64,000 bases of DNA. Origin: Octopus sinensis (Eukaryota). The position numbers and the translations under genes were made by a program. Numbering within the stretch: position 1 is the first letter of the stretch; each line of letters begins with the position of its first letter. The stretch is taken from assembly GCF_006345805.1 (NCBI RefSeq), contig NC_043005.1:40362001-40426000 (forward strand). The letters are read 5' to 3'. Below are positions 14,046 through 27,470 of the stretch, piece after piece. Below the pieces are notes generated by a model. The model was not told the origin of the DNA. It searched no databases and saw nothing but the letters and a program-made list of their open reading frames with translations.

Positions 14046-14183
14046 CTTGTTTGTAGAAATACATAAATCCGGAGGAGAAGCACACTCTAAGATGTTCATA
14101 CATACATACATACACACACATACATACATACATACATACATACATACATACATACATACATACATACATACATACATACATAC

Positions 14184-14214
<31 letters not shown>

Positions 14215-14335
14215 CATACATACAAACATACACACATCATACATACATTCACACACATACACAACACACACACACATATATATATACATATATACACACA
14301 TATGTATATATATACATAAATATATATATGTATGT
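13808..14335. repeat. (TA)n and (CATA)n arrays split by a ~55-bp unique insert
   Basis: Visible tandem repeats. Confidence 0.9.
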
Positions 14336-14344
14336 ATACTTATA

Positions 14345-14824
14345 TTTGTCTTCCACTATAGCCTCCGGTCGACCAAAGCCTTGTGAGTAGATTTGGTAGA
14401 CGGAGACTGAGAGAAGCCTGTCGAATATATATATTATATATATATACTGTGTGGTAAGTAGCTTGCTTACCTGCCACATGGTTCCGGGTTCAGTCCTACT
14501 GCGTGGCACCTTGGGCAAGTGTCTTCTACTATACCCTCGGGCCGACCAAAGCCTTGTGAGTGGATTTGGTAGATGGAAACTGAAAGAAACTCGCCGTATA
14601 TATATGCGAGTATGTATATCTTTGTGTGTCTGTTTTTGTCCCCCCCCCAATATCGCTTTTATAACCGATGCTGGTGTGTTCACGTCCCCGTCACTTAGCG
14701 GTTTGGCAATAGAGACCGATAGAATAAGTACTAGGCTTACAAAGAATCTGGGGTCAATTTGCTCGACTAAAGGCGGTGCTCCAGCATGGCCACAGTCAAT
14801 TGCCTGAAACAAATAAATGAAAGA

Positions 14825-14826
<2 letters not shown>
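14345..14826 (+). mobile_element. SINE family A: near full copy 14447-14826 preceded by a partial copy 14345-14424
   Basis: CTGTGTGGTAAGTAGCTTGC...GGTTCCGGGTTCAGTCC (A/B-box-like head); shared body GACCAAAGCCTTGTGAGT.GATTTGGTAGA; (TATC)n follows the 3' end. Confidence 0.85.
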
Positions 14827-14886
<60 letters not shown>

Positions 14887-15149
14887 ATATCTCTATATAT
14901 ATATATATATATATATGCGCGCGCACACACACACAGACAAAGAAATGGAGGAAGAGCGAGGGAGAAGGGAGAGACCAAGAGAGGGAGAGGTGAAGTTTAG
15001 TAACTTAGTAAGTAGTAAGGGCACTTCTAAAGTATTGTAACTCCACGCTGGAGCAATGGTTTTCAACTCGTAGTCCGCAACTACATCAACCCTGCCCATA
15101 TAATTTCGAAATCCATATAATTCTCCTTTCTTCACTATCGTGTCATCTT

Positions 15150-15503
15150 TATTTGTTACTTGTTTCAGTCACTTTACTACGCCCATGCTAGGGCATCACC
15201 TCGAAGGGTTTAGTTGAAGAAATCGATAACAGTGCTTACATTTTAAGCTTTGGTATTCATGTACACACAAGCGCGCTCAAATACACACACAGAGGCACGC
15301 GCAAGCACACACACACATACACACACAAGACACACACATATATACGTTGGGTTTCCAAACAGTTTCTTTATTCACTTATAAGCCTTTGGTCGGCCTGGGG
15401 TTTTAGCAGAAGATACTTCTAACCGAAGGTGCCGCGCAGTAGGCCTGAACCCACAACCATGTGGTTGTAAAGCGAGCTTCTGAATCACATACCCATGCCT
15501 GCA
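15150..15503 (-). mobile_element. SINE family A, degenerate
   Basis: Homologous to 14447-14826 in reverse orientation. Confidence 0.7.
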
Positions 15504-15619
15504 TTTGCTGGACAAATTTAAGAAGTTTAAGTATAAACGTTATTAAACTCGGCAATTCGTACAGCCCCATTTTTTCTATCCTCACTCCACGCAAAGTGAA
15601 ATACTGCTCGAGCGGTAAT

Positions 15620-15828
15620 AAAGGTTCCAAATTTTGATACAAGGACAGCAATTTCGGGGGAGAGGCTAAGTCGATAACTTCGACCCCCCAGTGCTCAGCT
15701 CACCTGTAACTTATTTTATCGATCCTGGAAGGATGAAAGGAAAAGTCGACCTCAGTGGAGTTTGAGCTCAGAACATAAAGACAGACTAAGCATTTTACCT
15801 GGCAAGCTAACGATTCTGCCAGCTTACC

Positions 15829-15830
<2 letters not shown>
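15620..15830 (-). mobile_element. SINE family B
   Basis: GCTAACGATTCTGCCAGCT and GGATGAAAGGAAAAGTCGACCTC match the reverse complement of 41914. Confidence 0.8.
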
Positions 15831-15891
<61 letters not shown>

Positions 15892-15894
<3 letters not shown>

Positions 15895-16136
15895 GGTCCC
15901 TTATTCAGGGACCTTTTGAGCGGGATGGGCTACTCAACCTAAAGAAAATTCTAACTGGGCCCCACTTGCAAGGTCATGTGCTGTTTATCTTGATATGAGA
16001 TCACCATGTCGTGCACATATGGTTGTGATGCATGTGCCTGGTGTACCCTTATCAGACGGGTAGTCATGATGGGTATATTGGGCTTCGTATATTTTACCCC
16101 AGTGTCACTTTGATGGCATGCACTGCTCTCTCACTC
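15892..16136 (+). mobile_element. Family D non-coding repeat, left-truncated copy between (AAT)n arrays
   Basis: Matches the right 245 bp of copies at 46624 and 53344; ends CTGCTCTCTCACTC(AAT)n. Confidence 0.85.
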
Positions 16137-16150
16137 AATAATAATAATAA

Positions 16151-16355
16151 TCCTTTCTACAATAGGCACAAGCCCTGAAATTTGGGGGAGGAGTATGATC
16201 GATGTAATCAACCCCAGGACCCAACAGATACTTATTTTATCAACTCCAAAAGGATGAAACGCAATGCGGCCTCGGCGGTATTTGAACCTCAGAACGTGAA
16301 GACGACGAAATGCCATTAAGCATTTCGCCCGGCGAGCTAACGATTCTTCCAGCTC
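16151..16355 (-). mobile_element. SINE family B with (ATT)n tail
   Basis: TCCTTTCTAC..AGGCACAAG...GCTAACGATTCTTCCAGCTC. Confidence 0.8.
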
Positions 16356-16653
16356 AGTAATGGAAAGGCAATTCAGGTTATGTAGAACTCCCATCCTTAT
16401 CTTACTTTCTCCAATATATCTATGCGTGGCGAGATACACCTGAACAAAGACAGCAAGCTGACAAAAAAATCCATTGATATGCTGTTGATTCTTTCTGCTG
16501 CTCATTGAAGCCTATAGCGCTAACATATTTATGTGGGAGTGTGGCTGTGAAGTTCTTTTCGCAAGTCACGTACGTCGTAGATTGATACCAAAGCTAGCAC
16601 AGCGCTTTGAGCATCATCTACCTCAATGAAATTACGAGACCATAATTATATAT

Positions 16654-16702
<49 letters not shown>

Positions 16703-16834
16703 ACACACACACACACACACACTCAAAAGCACACAAACATATACATATATACATATACACACACACACACATATGTATATATGCACGTATATGTGTGAGA
16801 GTGTGAGTGTATACATGTTTACATAATAGATAGG

Positions 16835-16943
<109 letters not shown>

Positions 16944-17056
16944 GAGAGCAGAAGGAAGGCAGAGAGTTGATTCTTTCTCCAGGTTAGAACAGTTGACCTT
17001 TTCTTGGTTTGAAGACAAGTTATGACTGTATATTTGTCATGTCCTTACAATAACTA

Positions 17057-17093
<37 letters not shown>

Positions 17094-17193
17094 CGTATGT
17101 ACGTGTTATGCATGTATATTCGCATGAAATGGAACGTGTTTGTACAAATTCTCTTAATACTCAACACTTTGTGACAATCCATTTATATATATA

Positions 17194-17275
<82 letters not shown>

Positions 17276-17619
17276 AGAAGATACTTTATTATGTGTATCA
17301 CATGATAACAAGATATAGCTAGAATATTTATCAAGCCCTTTGCCGCGAAGTGGAGTATGTTAAAATGCTATATCCCTAACCGTTATTCATGCGATTGTAG
17401 AGTTCGGTCGCCCGTACGTCTCGCTTCGTTTTCTCTTGTGAGATTCACGCTATCCCGAAGCATTTGAAGTGTTGGTTGTGTGTTCATAAAGAACATGGCT
17501 GCGAAGAGAAAACAAAGGCTCCAAACAATATTAATTGTCATTTGATTAAATTGCAGCTCCTCAGTATTTTAAATGTATTATTACAGACATGCATGCATAC
17601 GCCCATACATTCATCCATA

Positions 17620-18230
<611 letters not shown>

Positions 18231-18642
18231 GTTTGATGTTGAGTATCGGAGGAAAGAATATACAGAATCATAATAGAGATTAATAATATTTTAATTTCAG
18301 TCGAATCATTTTTTGGCTCCTCTGAAGTTTCAGCTCACATGATCATCAGGCAAGTTATACATAAATACATACATACATACATACATACATACATACATAC
18401 ATACACACATACATGCATGCATACATACATACATACATACATGCATACATGCATACATACATACATACATACATACATACATACATACATACATACATAC
18501 ATACATGCATACATACGTTCGGACGTACGTACGTACGTACATACATACATACACAAAACAAACATACAAATCTACATATATATATACACATACACGGACA
18601 CACGGACACACACACACATATGTATGTGTGCATAGGAATAAA

Positions 18643-18899
18643 TGACAGTGGCGGAAAACGGAATATACGAGAAACGTTATTGCTCACAACATTCGTTTCG
18701 ACCCATCGTAGTCGATCTATCGTGGGTGCATTCTTCGGTGCAAAAGTGTTTAGTCAGGCGACTTTTCAAGCGGTATCTCGTTAAATAAACCCTATTGCGC
18801 TCGGTTTTAATGCAGTATGTTGCTAGTAACCGTGGAATGGGTCGAAACAATCTTTCTGATCAATGAAGTTTCTCGTATATCTAATTTTCCGTCTCTATC
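18643..18899. mobile_element. Old MITE with ~65-bp imperfect TIRs
   Basis: GGCGGAAAACGGAATATACGAGAAAC...TTTCGACCCAT versus ATGGGTCGAAAC...GTTTCTCGTATATCTAATTTTCCGTC. Confidence 0.7.
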
Positions 18900-19064
18900 A
18901 GTTGTTTTATATTCGACGAATACTGAGGAATTCCTGAGGGAGATCCAGTGACAATTGTAAAAGAGAAAAAAAACAAAGAAAAAAAGCCGTAGAAGATGTC
19001 AGGTAGCTAAAGGCAGTGAACGTGCTTCACCGGCTCACTACTAGGTACATACCCAATGCTTAAA

Positions 19065-19103
<39 letters not shown>

Positions 19104-19175
19104 TATCTTCCCCTGCCTGGAACTCCATACTTCATTACATCGGGAAGACATGACACGATGTAGGTAAAGAAATTT

Positions 19176-19214
19176 GAGAAATTTGAAAAGACAATACGAA
19201 ACCGGTTATTTCTC
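19176..19214 (+). ncRNA. Minimal type I hammerhead-ribozyme-shaped motif with variant core
   Basis: GAGAAAT-TTGAAAA-GACAATAC-GAAA-CCGGTT-ATTTCTC: perfect 7-bp stem I, palindromic ACCGGT helix III, weak stem II. Confidence 0.4.
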
Positions 19215-19372
19215 CAAAAACTATGTTACTATACAAAAAAATTTATAACATTTTTCTAACATAACGACTTAAAATATATTCTTTAACCTTATAACACAAG
19301 CCTTCTATAGTTTTTTCACTCTTTTTCATTTTTATACATCCAACCACGTGCTTTCACACACCAACTCTCTCA

Positions 19373-19375
<3 letters not shown>

Positions 19376-19425
<50 letters not shown>

Positions 19426-19446
19426 TGTATATATATATATATATAG

Positions 19447-19504
<58 letters not shown>

Positions 19505-19560
19505 ATATATATATATATATATTATATATATATATATATATTATATATATATATATATAT

Positions 19561-19591
<31 letters not shown>

Positions 19592-19632
19592 GTATATATA
19601 TATATATGTATATATATATATAGATATATATA

Positions 19633-19669
<37 letters not shown>

Positions 19670-19745
19670 TGTATATATATGCATACATATACATGTATAT
19701 GCATATATATACATATGTATATATACGAATATATATGTGTGTGTG
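19376..19745. repeat. Long (TA)n microsatellite
   Basis: Visible tandem repeats. Confidence 0.95.
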
Positions 19746-20216
19746 TGTAGTATGTATTGGAGAGGGCAAAAGCAAACGTGATACACAAATTAACGGGGCT
19801 TTTAGTCATATTCTTTCGATGATGGTAACATTACTTTACCTTACTGACCCATATGAACTCACGTTACTCCACACGCCTTAGACATTATGGGTCTTTATTA
19901 TACAACGAACTTCGTCATAACATGAGTCATGGTTCACTCGAAACAGCTGCCAAGACTAATACATAACTCATTTCGGTTTTTGAATTCTTATATTTGTATT
20001 TTTGTAAAGCCACGTAAATATACTCATCAAGCCAACTCGTGTTTATATGCCTATATATCTTTCTCTATCTCTCTGTATTTATATACATATTATATATGTG
20101 TGTGTATGTGTATATATGTACATACATATATACTATATATATATGTATAAATATATGTATGTGTGTGTATTATATACATATGTGTATGTATATATATGTG
20201 TCAGTGTATATATATG

Positions 20217-20250
<34 letters not shown>

Positions 20251-20294
20251 ATAAAACTTTTCTTCTAATTTTTCTAAATTTAATTATTTAATCG

Positions 20295-20338
20295 TTACAG
20301 TTGAAAAGGTCTCAAAATGACCGAAACCGGTACTGAAA
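20295..20338 (+). ncRNA. Minimal type I hammerhead-ribozyme-shaped motif with variant core
   Basis: TTACAG-TTGAAAA-GGTC-TCAAAAT-GACC-GAAA-CCGGTA-CTGAAA: perfect stem II, GUA site, 5 of 6 pairs in stem I. Confidence 0.5.
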
Positions 20339-20421
20339 TGTTCACTATAAAATTATTTAGCATTTTCTATTTTTGACTTGTTTTTTCATATATATCAACT
20401 CGTGTGTTCCTTTTCACCCTT

Positions 20422-20479
<58 letters not shown>

Positions 20480-20605
20480 ATGGGGTGATTATAATAACCC
20501 CATGGATTTATATGGATAACACCATACAAAATTCTGGTGCATCTAACTTAAGTACCATATTCATTTGAATCTAAATTTTGCTGAACTTATATATATATAT
20601 ATATA

Positions 20606-20650
<45 letters not shown>

Positions 20651-21070
20651 CAATAATAAGTCTCTGATATATATATATATATACGCGTGGATGTGTGTTA
20701 ACAGGCTTGTATGTGGGCATGCGTGCTGTGTGTACAGCATTAAATAGATTTTCACGTGATATTCTCTCGAGTACTCTGCGCTCTGTGCTCGAATACTGTC
20801 GAGGTCAATTTTCTCCTCTATCCTTTTATCCTGTCGGAATCGATAAGCAAAGTATGAGACCTGTACTGGGAAATACTCCTCTCTCTCTGTTTTTCTAGAA
20901 GAAACCCTCTATGGTAAAAACTAGAAAAGAATGGACCCGTAAGTAACACCTCTTCCAGGAGCTGTGGGCAGAAGGAGAGAATGAAGATATTTGATGTTCG
21001 TCATATATTACCGTAAAAAGGAAGTTCCTTAGCAATTTTTCAAATCTTATGGATTTTAAAGATAGAAATG

Positions 21071-21504
21071 GGATCTTTTCGGGTTGAACGGCAGTTTTTC
21101 TAGCGGTGTCATAAGAAATTGTCACACATAATTATGACCCTAGTATCGATCTATTGCATTTCAATCTGTTTTAGGGTTAGGGTTAGTTAGGGTTAGTTAG
21201 GGTTAGGGGTGGGGGAAGGGTATTTTTTTTTCTTCAGAAATGTAAATAAACCCAATCTGTTTCTTAAACTAGGGACATATTCATACGGCACAGAATGTTT
21301 TCACCTCAAAAGACGTCATTGATTGGTTGAAATTGCAGAAATTGAAGAAAAAAACAACAAATATCTTACAAACTATAGACTTTTCTCAATAAAGCCAAGA
21401 GAAAAAGATGTTTTATAAACACATTCTACCAGTATACGAAGTTTAAAAGTGTTTTGTTACGTGGAAATTATTTTAAAAAACTGCCATTCAAACCGAAAAG
21501 ATCC
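21071..21504. mobile_element. MITE with 29-bp TIRs, 8-bp TSD and internal TTAGGG repeats
   Basis: TIR GGATCTTTTCGG(G/T)TTGAA(C/T)GGCAGTTTTT; TSD TAGAAATG at 21063-21070 and 21505-21512. Confidence 0.9.
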
Positions 21505-21660
21505 TAGAAATGGAGTACACCATTGAATAGAAGTGTCTATCTTGGAAATTTCGATGTATTATTATCAAATGTGATTTCTTTTCACTCATGACAGTTTTGA
21601 TTCATTTGAAAAAGGTGCATTTTCATGGCGAAGAAAACTAGTTCTTTCTGTTTTGTTTTG

Positions 21661-21704
<44 letters not shown>

Positions 21705-21789
21705 TATGTACTGAGTGGGTGTATATATATATATATGTGTGTGCTCACACACACACACACATATATAAAAGTAAATATATGTAGGGATA

Positions 21790-22148
21790 TTTTCTTTTAC
21801 TTATTTCGGTCACTTTGACTGTGGCCATGCTGGAGCACTGCTTTTAGTCGAAGAAATCGACACTGGACTTATTCTATGTAAGCCTGGTACTTATTCTATC
21901 GGTGTCTTAGGCCGAACCGCTAAGAACACCAAGATCGGTTGTCAAATGATACTAGCGGGAAAAAGGCACAAATGCACAAATATATACATATATATATATA
22001 CGATAGACATCTTTCAGTCTACTGACAAGAGTTTGGTCGGCCCGAGGCTATAGTAGAAGACACTTGCCGAAAGTGCCACGCAGTGGAACTGAACCCGGAA
22101 CCATGTAGTTAGGATGCAAGCTTTTTATCACACAGCAACACCTGCGCC
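21790..22148 (-). mobile_element. SINE family A
   Basis: GACTGTGGCCATGCTGGAGCAC...CCACGCAGTGGAACTGAACCCGGAACCATG, reverse complement of 14447. Confidence 0.85.
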
Positions 22149-23071
22149 TATATATATATATAAAGAGAAATTAACAGAAGCTGAAAATATTCTCAAGATG
22201 AACACTTATGTATTAGCATATAGAGTTTTATATATTTACAGAGCAAATTTACATGGAGTACAACAATACAGAAAAACTAACGAGGAGAGGGCATTGTATT
22301 TCAAGTCCGACTGCTTTTTCTGGCGTTTGGCATTGCATAATGTTGGCAGATGGAGTGTGCAAAACGTTAAGGATATGCAACCAGTAGAGGATGCAAATAA
22401 ACGCACAACCGTAAAGTCGGCTTCCGTCTTCAGGATGGAAAGATTGGCAACTAGTATTTGCCGACATTACAACTATTACATAATTGCGAGCTCCCTGAAA
22501 CAGCTGTCGGACCTGAGATACCACGCTCTTTCTCCTTAGTTTTCTGTATTTATTGTATTCCATGTAAATTTGTTCTGTAAATATATAAATATTCATATGC
22601 TAATACACATGTGTTCATCTTGTGAATACGTTCAGTTTTTGCTTCTTTTTCTATATATCCTTATACATATTTACATGTGTATACGTACATATGTATGCAT
22701 ATTTTATATATCAAGCTCAAGCGTGTTTATTTGCATCACTATCTCCATATCTGCTCACCTCGTTTCGTCCCATAGCCACTCTTTAACTCGAAAAAGACTT
22801 CAACGTGTAAGTTCAAATCATTCGAGCGCAACTACGTGCTTTCTGTATTGAGTATCTCTGGATCTCACCTGTTGACTCTATGTATAAGCGAATGTAGAAC
22901 TGTGTGGTAAGAAGATTACTTCCCAAGGATCCACGCAGTGGGATTGAACCAGGAACCATATGGTTGGGAAGTAATCCTCGGTGATAGATACTCGTCCGCT
23001 AGATATAGCAGTAGTTCACTTCAGTTTGCAATATGCAGGAAATAAGTGACACAGTGATCCTGCAACAAGTA

Positions 23072-23756
23072 AATTAGCTAGTTAGGAAAATCTCTATAAG
23101 CGATCAAAGCAGTATTTACAATGAAAAGTAGGGTTTAACGCCACCTAAACACGAGTGCTCCCTAGGAACAGACGATACTGCTATTTTAACTCCAGGAGAA
23201 CACCTCATCCAGCTGGCTATTCAGTGCTGAAGCGGCATTTTCCTGATTAGCAAATTTGCATATTGCAAGATCAGTGACTGCGTGTCATCTATTTCCTATA
23301 TATTGCGAGCTGGAGTGAACTACTGCTATGTCTAGCAGACGATTATCCATGACTGAAGATGACTTTAAAGAGGACGAAACAGTACGGTCTGATGGTCTCG
23401 GGGCTAAAATAGTAGGGAGTTCTCTTTGCTTGACAACCGATGCTGGTGTGTTTATGCCCCCGCAACTTAGCGGTTCGGCAAAAGATATCGATAGAATAAG
23501 TAATAGGCTTACAAAGAATAAGTGCTTGGGTCGACTTCTTCGACTAAAACCATTTAAGCCGGTGCTCCAGCATGGCCGCAGTATATATCGAATGCAGGGT
23601 GCACTGAATAACCAGCTGGATGAGACGTTCTCCTGGAGTTAAAATAGCAGTACCGTCGGTTCCTAGGGAACACCTGTGCTTAGGTGACGTTAAACATTAC
23701 TTCTTAGTAAAAATACTACTTTGATCTCTTATAGAGATTTTCGTTACAAGCTAATT
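23072..23756. mobile_element. Foldback/MITE with ~155-bp imperfect TIRs and a nested SINE A fragment (about 23420-23580)
   Basis: 23072-23227 pairs with 23601-23756 (CTGCTATTTTAACTCCAGGAGAAC / GTTCTCCTGGAGTTAAAATAGCAG). Confidence 0.8.
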
Positions 23757-23780
23757 ATGTGTGTATGTGTGTGTGTGTGT

Positions 23781-23816
<36 letters not shown>

Positions 23817-24289
23817 CATATAAGCGTATATAAATACACTAACACATATATATATGTGGTGCTTGTGAGTGTGTTAATTCCACATACACTCATATAACTA
23901 CATATAGATATTCATTCAACCGTCCATCTGTCCGTCCGTCCGTCCGTCCGTCCGTCCGTCCATCCGTCCGTCTATCCATATTCTTGGACAGAACCTGAGA
24001 TAATTAAATAGACTGATGTGATCATCCTATAGGCAGACAGGTTAATAGGTAGACCTGCAAGATGCTAACTTGATTTATACACACACACATACAAACACGC
24101 ACACATATGCACACACATATTTAGACAGATATATAGATAGACAGAGCGATAGAGAGATGAGATAGATAATCAGGTAGAGAGATGGATAACAATGTACATA
24201 TGTAGGTTGGTAAATGAGCGAAATAGACGGATAAATAATTAAATTAATTTTTGGATAAGCAGATAGAGAGATATATAGAGAGATGTTAC

Positions 24290-24418
24290 GCAAGAAAGAA
24301 AGAAAGGAAGGAAGAAAGGAAGAAAGAAAGACTGATTGATAGACAGACAGCCATATAGATTGATTGATAGATAGGTAGGTAGGTTGGTAGACAGACATAC
24401 AGAAAGATAGATAGATAA

Positions 24419-24498
<80 letters not shown>

Positions 24499-24561
24499 GT
24501 AGGTTGTAGATAGATAGATAGATAGATAGATATATAGATAGATAGATAGATAAATAAATAA

Positions 24562-24608
<47 letters not shown>

Positions 24609-24645
24609 TAGATAGATAGATAGATATAGATAGATAGATAGATAA
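24290..24645. repeat. (GAAA)n and (GATA)n arrays
   Basis: Visible tandem repeats. Confidence 0.9.
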
Positions 24646-25110
24646 GTAGTAGTGAATGACAGACATAAAGAAAATCAAGTAAGGAAAGAAGTGGGTTATG
24701 CTTTCGAAAACATGATATTAATAAATACTTACGTAACAAATGAGAGAGACACACGTAATTCATATACTAACTCGTACATATGTAACTCATGATCGTGAAA
24801 ATACACGCACGAACAGAAACATTTAAAAACGAACATTCAAACATCACTTGGCAATAAAAAAACATTATTATATGTATACATTACAACAGATACTCATACG
24901 CACATTCAGAAACATACTTAGAAATACAAATCCACACATACACATACTCACAGCAGTGAATTATTAAACGTGACGTACAGCGCAATACATACAATTCAAA
25001 ACTGACACGAAGTTATGTATGTATCGCTTTAAACAAGTACAAAATTGTCTATGCATAAATATATATCATTCATATATACATATATGCGTGCCCTCAGACA
25101 GATCATCACA

Positions 25111-25509
25111 TCTTTATATATAAAAGAGAGGTTGTGTGTCTGTCTCCTACGATTTAGATTCCTAACTACTCCCACATTTTGCGGTGCAGTTTAACCAAAA
25201 CCGGGTATCTTATAGTCGTGATTCATATCGAGCCCTTCTGGGTATTAGCGCGCGTCTATTATGAGTTTACGATTTAAAAAAAAAATTACCATCATTTTTT
25301 TCCCATTTTAATGCATTTTTTCGCTATTATATAAGGGAAGTAACTCTCTAAAAATGTCTACGATGAGTCAACGATTTAAAAAAAAATTTACCATCATTCT
25401 TTTTTCATTTTTAAAGCATTTTTTTGCTATTTTTTGGCTATAACTCTCTAAAAATGCTTATAAAGTTATTTCCCTTACAAACCCGAGCAACGCCGGGCGA
25501 TACTGCTAG
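25111..25509 (+). mobile_element. Non-autonomous Helitron
   Basis: Inserted in A|T; begins TC, ends CTAG; hairpin CCCGAGCAACGCCGGG at 25482-25497; internal ~120-bp tandem duplication. Confidence 0.9.
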
Positions 25510-25764
25510 TATACATATAAAAACCACCACAGAAACGAAAAAACATTAACGTCATTTGTCTACCTCTCTACAAACATATATAAAACTGTACTCAGATTTG
25601 CTCACTCAGATTCATAATATATACATAAACGCATGTATACATACATACATACATACATACATACATACATACATACATACATACATACATACATACATAC
25701 ACGCCCGCGTCTCTGTGTGTATGTATGCATGTATATAAAAATGTATGTATGTATGTATGTTTGT

Positions 25765-26150
25765 AACTGTTTTCCAAACGAAGACCATTAGCGTCAATGG
25801 TCTGTGTGTACCACCCGTTTCACATGAGTGTTACCAATATGTTGGTATTGATGAAAATATATCATACAAAGGGTGTGATGCACAAAGATAGAGTGACCAA
25901 AGAATATTGCATCAGACTTGAAAAAAATATGGCAACCAGTACTTTCTTCTAACAACAAGACAATATCCCAACATCGTAATTGCCGTACAACCACTAGCAC
26001 CAATATACAGGGTAATTGACTGGACTACAAAGGAAATCCACTCTATAGACATTAAAACACGCAATATCCTGACATCAAATGGAAGCTTTCATAGAAATAG
26101 TGATATAGACAAGTTCTGTCACCGAAGACAAGGGAAGATGCTTAAGATCA
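25765..26150 (+). mobile_element. RLE-type LINE (CATA-linked family), post-RT fragment
   Basis: YQYVGIDENISYKG..KDRVTKEYCIRL...IDWTTKEIHSIDIKTRNILTSNGSFHRNSDID. Confidence 0.75.
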
Positions 26151-26464
26151 GTCGTTGTAGACATTCTTTGACTACCGTAGGATGACATCAATCAGACAGA
26201 ATCTGATAAAAAAAATAACACATACACACACAAAAAACAAAGAGCAAAAAAGTAAATAAAATGTAAAAAAAAACAATCGTAAACACATATACATTGGAAA
26301 CCAAATCGAACCAATGATGGTAAGTTCTACGTGCTAGAAATAGCAACCAAAATCTACTTCAAATCATGTTTTAAGTAAAGTAAGACATAGTGAATGCTGC
26401 AGTCGTAGATATACCTATGAAAAATGAAGATACCATTAATCATAGGTTTCTTTGATCAGAACTG

Positions 26465-26615
26465 CGCTCGTCGGCTGCTGGGTCACTCCGAAAAGCTCTA
26501 TCTGCGACGATTTCATCTCAATCGAAGGAGAGGGGCTTTCTCCGTCCGGGTTGCGGATCCGTGGAATAAGCTGCCGGACGAGATAGTGAAGATGCCGACG
26601 ACCACTCGGTTCAAA
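26465..26615 (+). mobile_element. CR1-like LINE extreme C-terminal fragment
   Basis: LGHSEKLYLRRFHLNRRRGAFSVRVADPWNKLPDEIVKMPTTTRFK. Confidence 0.75.
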
Positions 26616-26969
26616 GGTGAATTCCTGAAGAAGCGCGGAGTTCTTAATGTTCCAAGAAACGCTTAACTACTGAACAAATCAGCCTAAGGCAATTTGATGG
26701 CTTGCATGTCGATGCATGATAGCCGATATAGTTACATATTAGCAATGCAATAATATAGCGCGATTAATTAGCTGTAGAGAATGGAACCGACAGGAAGCTC
26801 TGGCGATGTTACTGTAGATTCACTCGGACTATGCGAGCCAAATCCTGTTTTGAGAAGAACCCTTTGACCCTACCAATATCAATTCAGCTAATGTCAATGT
26901 ACTATCTGCAGGATGAAATGATTTTGGGGATGCAATATATAATAATAACGTGGCTGATTTGTGTGATTT

Positions 26970-27264
26970 GTTTGTTCCTTCTCGAGCCATGCCTGGCTCA
27001 TAAAGGCCGGTTTCCCGGTTTCTTGGCGTATAGGTTCTCCACCTGGACGGGACGCCGGTCTGTCGCAGGTGAGCTGCAAGAGGAAAGAGTGAGAGAAAGT
27101 TGTGGCGAAAGAGTCAGCAGAAGTTCGCCATTACCTTCTGCCAGAGCCGCGTGGAGCTTAGGTGTTGCGCTCATAAACACACACATCGCCCGATCTGAGA
27201 TTCGAACCCGCGATCTCTCGACCGCCAGTCCGCTGCTCTAACCACTAGGCCATGTACCGCCACA
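26970..27264 (-). mobile_element. tRNA-derived SINE family E with 13-bp TSD
   Basis: Head GGTACATGGCCTAGTGGTTAG...GGTTCGAATCTC (A and B boxes); (AACA)n-like tail; TSD ATTTGTGTGATTT at 26957-26969 and 27265-27277. Confidence 0.9.
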
Positions 27265-27338
27265 ATTTGTGTGATTTCCTTAGATATGTATGTGAGTAGC
27301 ACTTGGAAGCTCATCCACAGCTGACTGAATGATGTCCA

Positions 27339-27470
27339 ATGATTGTGGAAATAGACGAATCAAAAAGTGAGCTTCAGAAATTTCACCGAGTAGAGTGGGA
27401 TAATGAGTACTGGGTGTTTGGTGCAGTGGATAGGGTTACAGGAAAATGCTCCTTGATTAAGATCCCTAAT
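27339..27470 (+). mobile_element. Merlin/ISXO2-like DDE transposase fragment
   Basis: IVEIDESKSELQKFHRVEWDNEYWVFGAVDRVTGKCSLIKIPN resembles the Merlin motif VEIDESKF..RKY.RG....WVFG..R..GKC. Confidence 0.75.

Noticed and set aside
16376-16480. Short frame GYVELPSLSYFLQYIYAWRDT after an AG
   Set aside because: No polypyrimidine tract, no donor before the stop, no recognisable homology
18320-18352. Minus-strand CTGATGA...GAAAC hammerhead-like motif
   Set aside because: Stems I and III and the cleavage triplet do not fit
21171-21220. True telomere or chromosome fusion site
   Set aside because: Short array enclosed in a MITE with TIRs and a TSD
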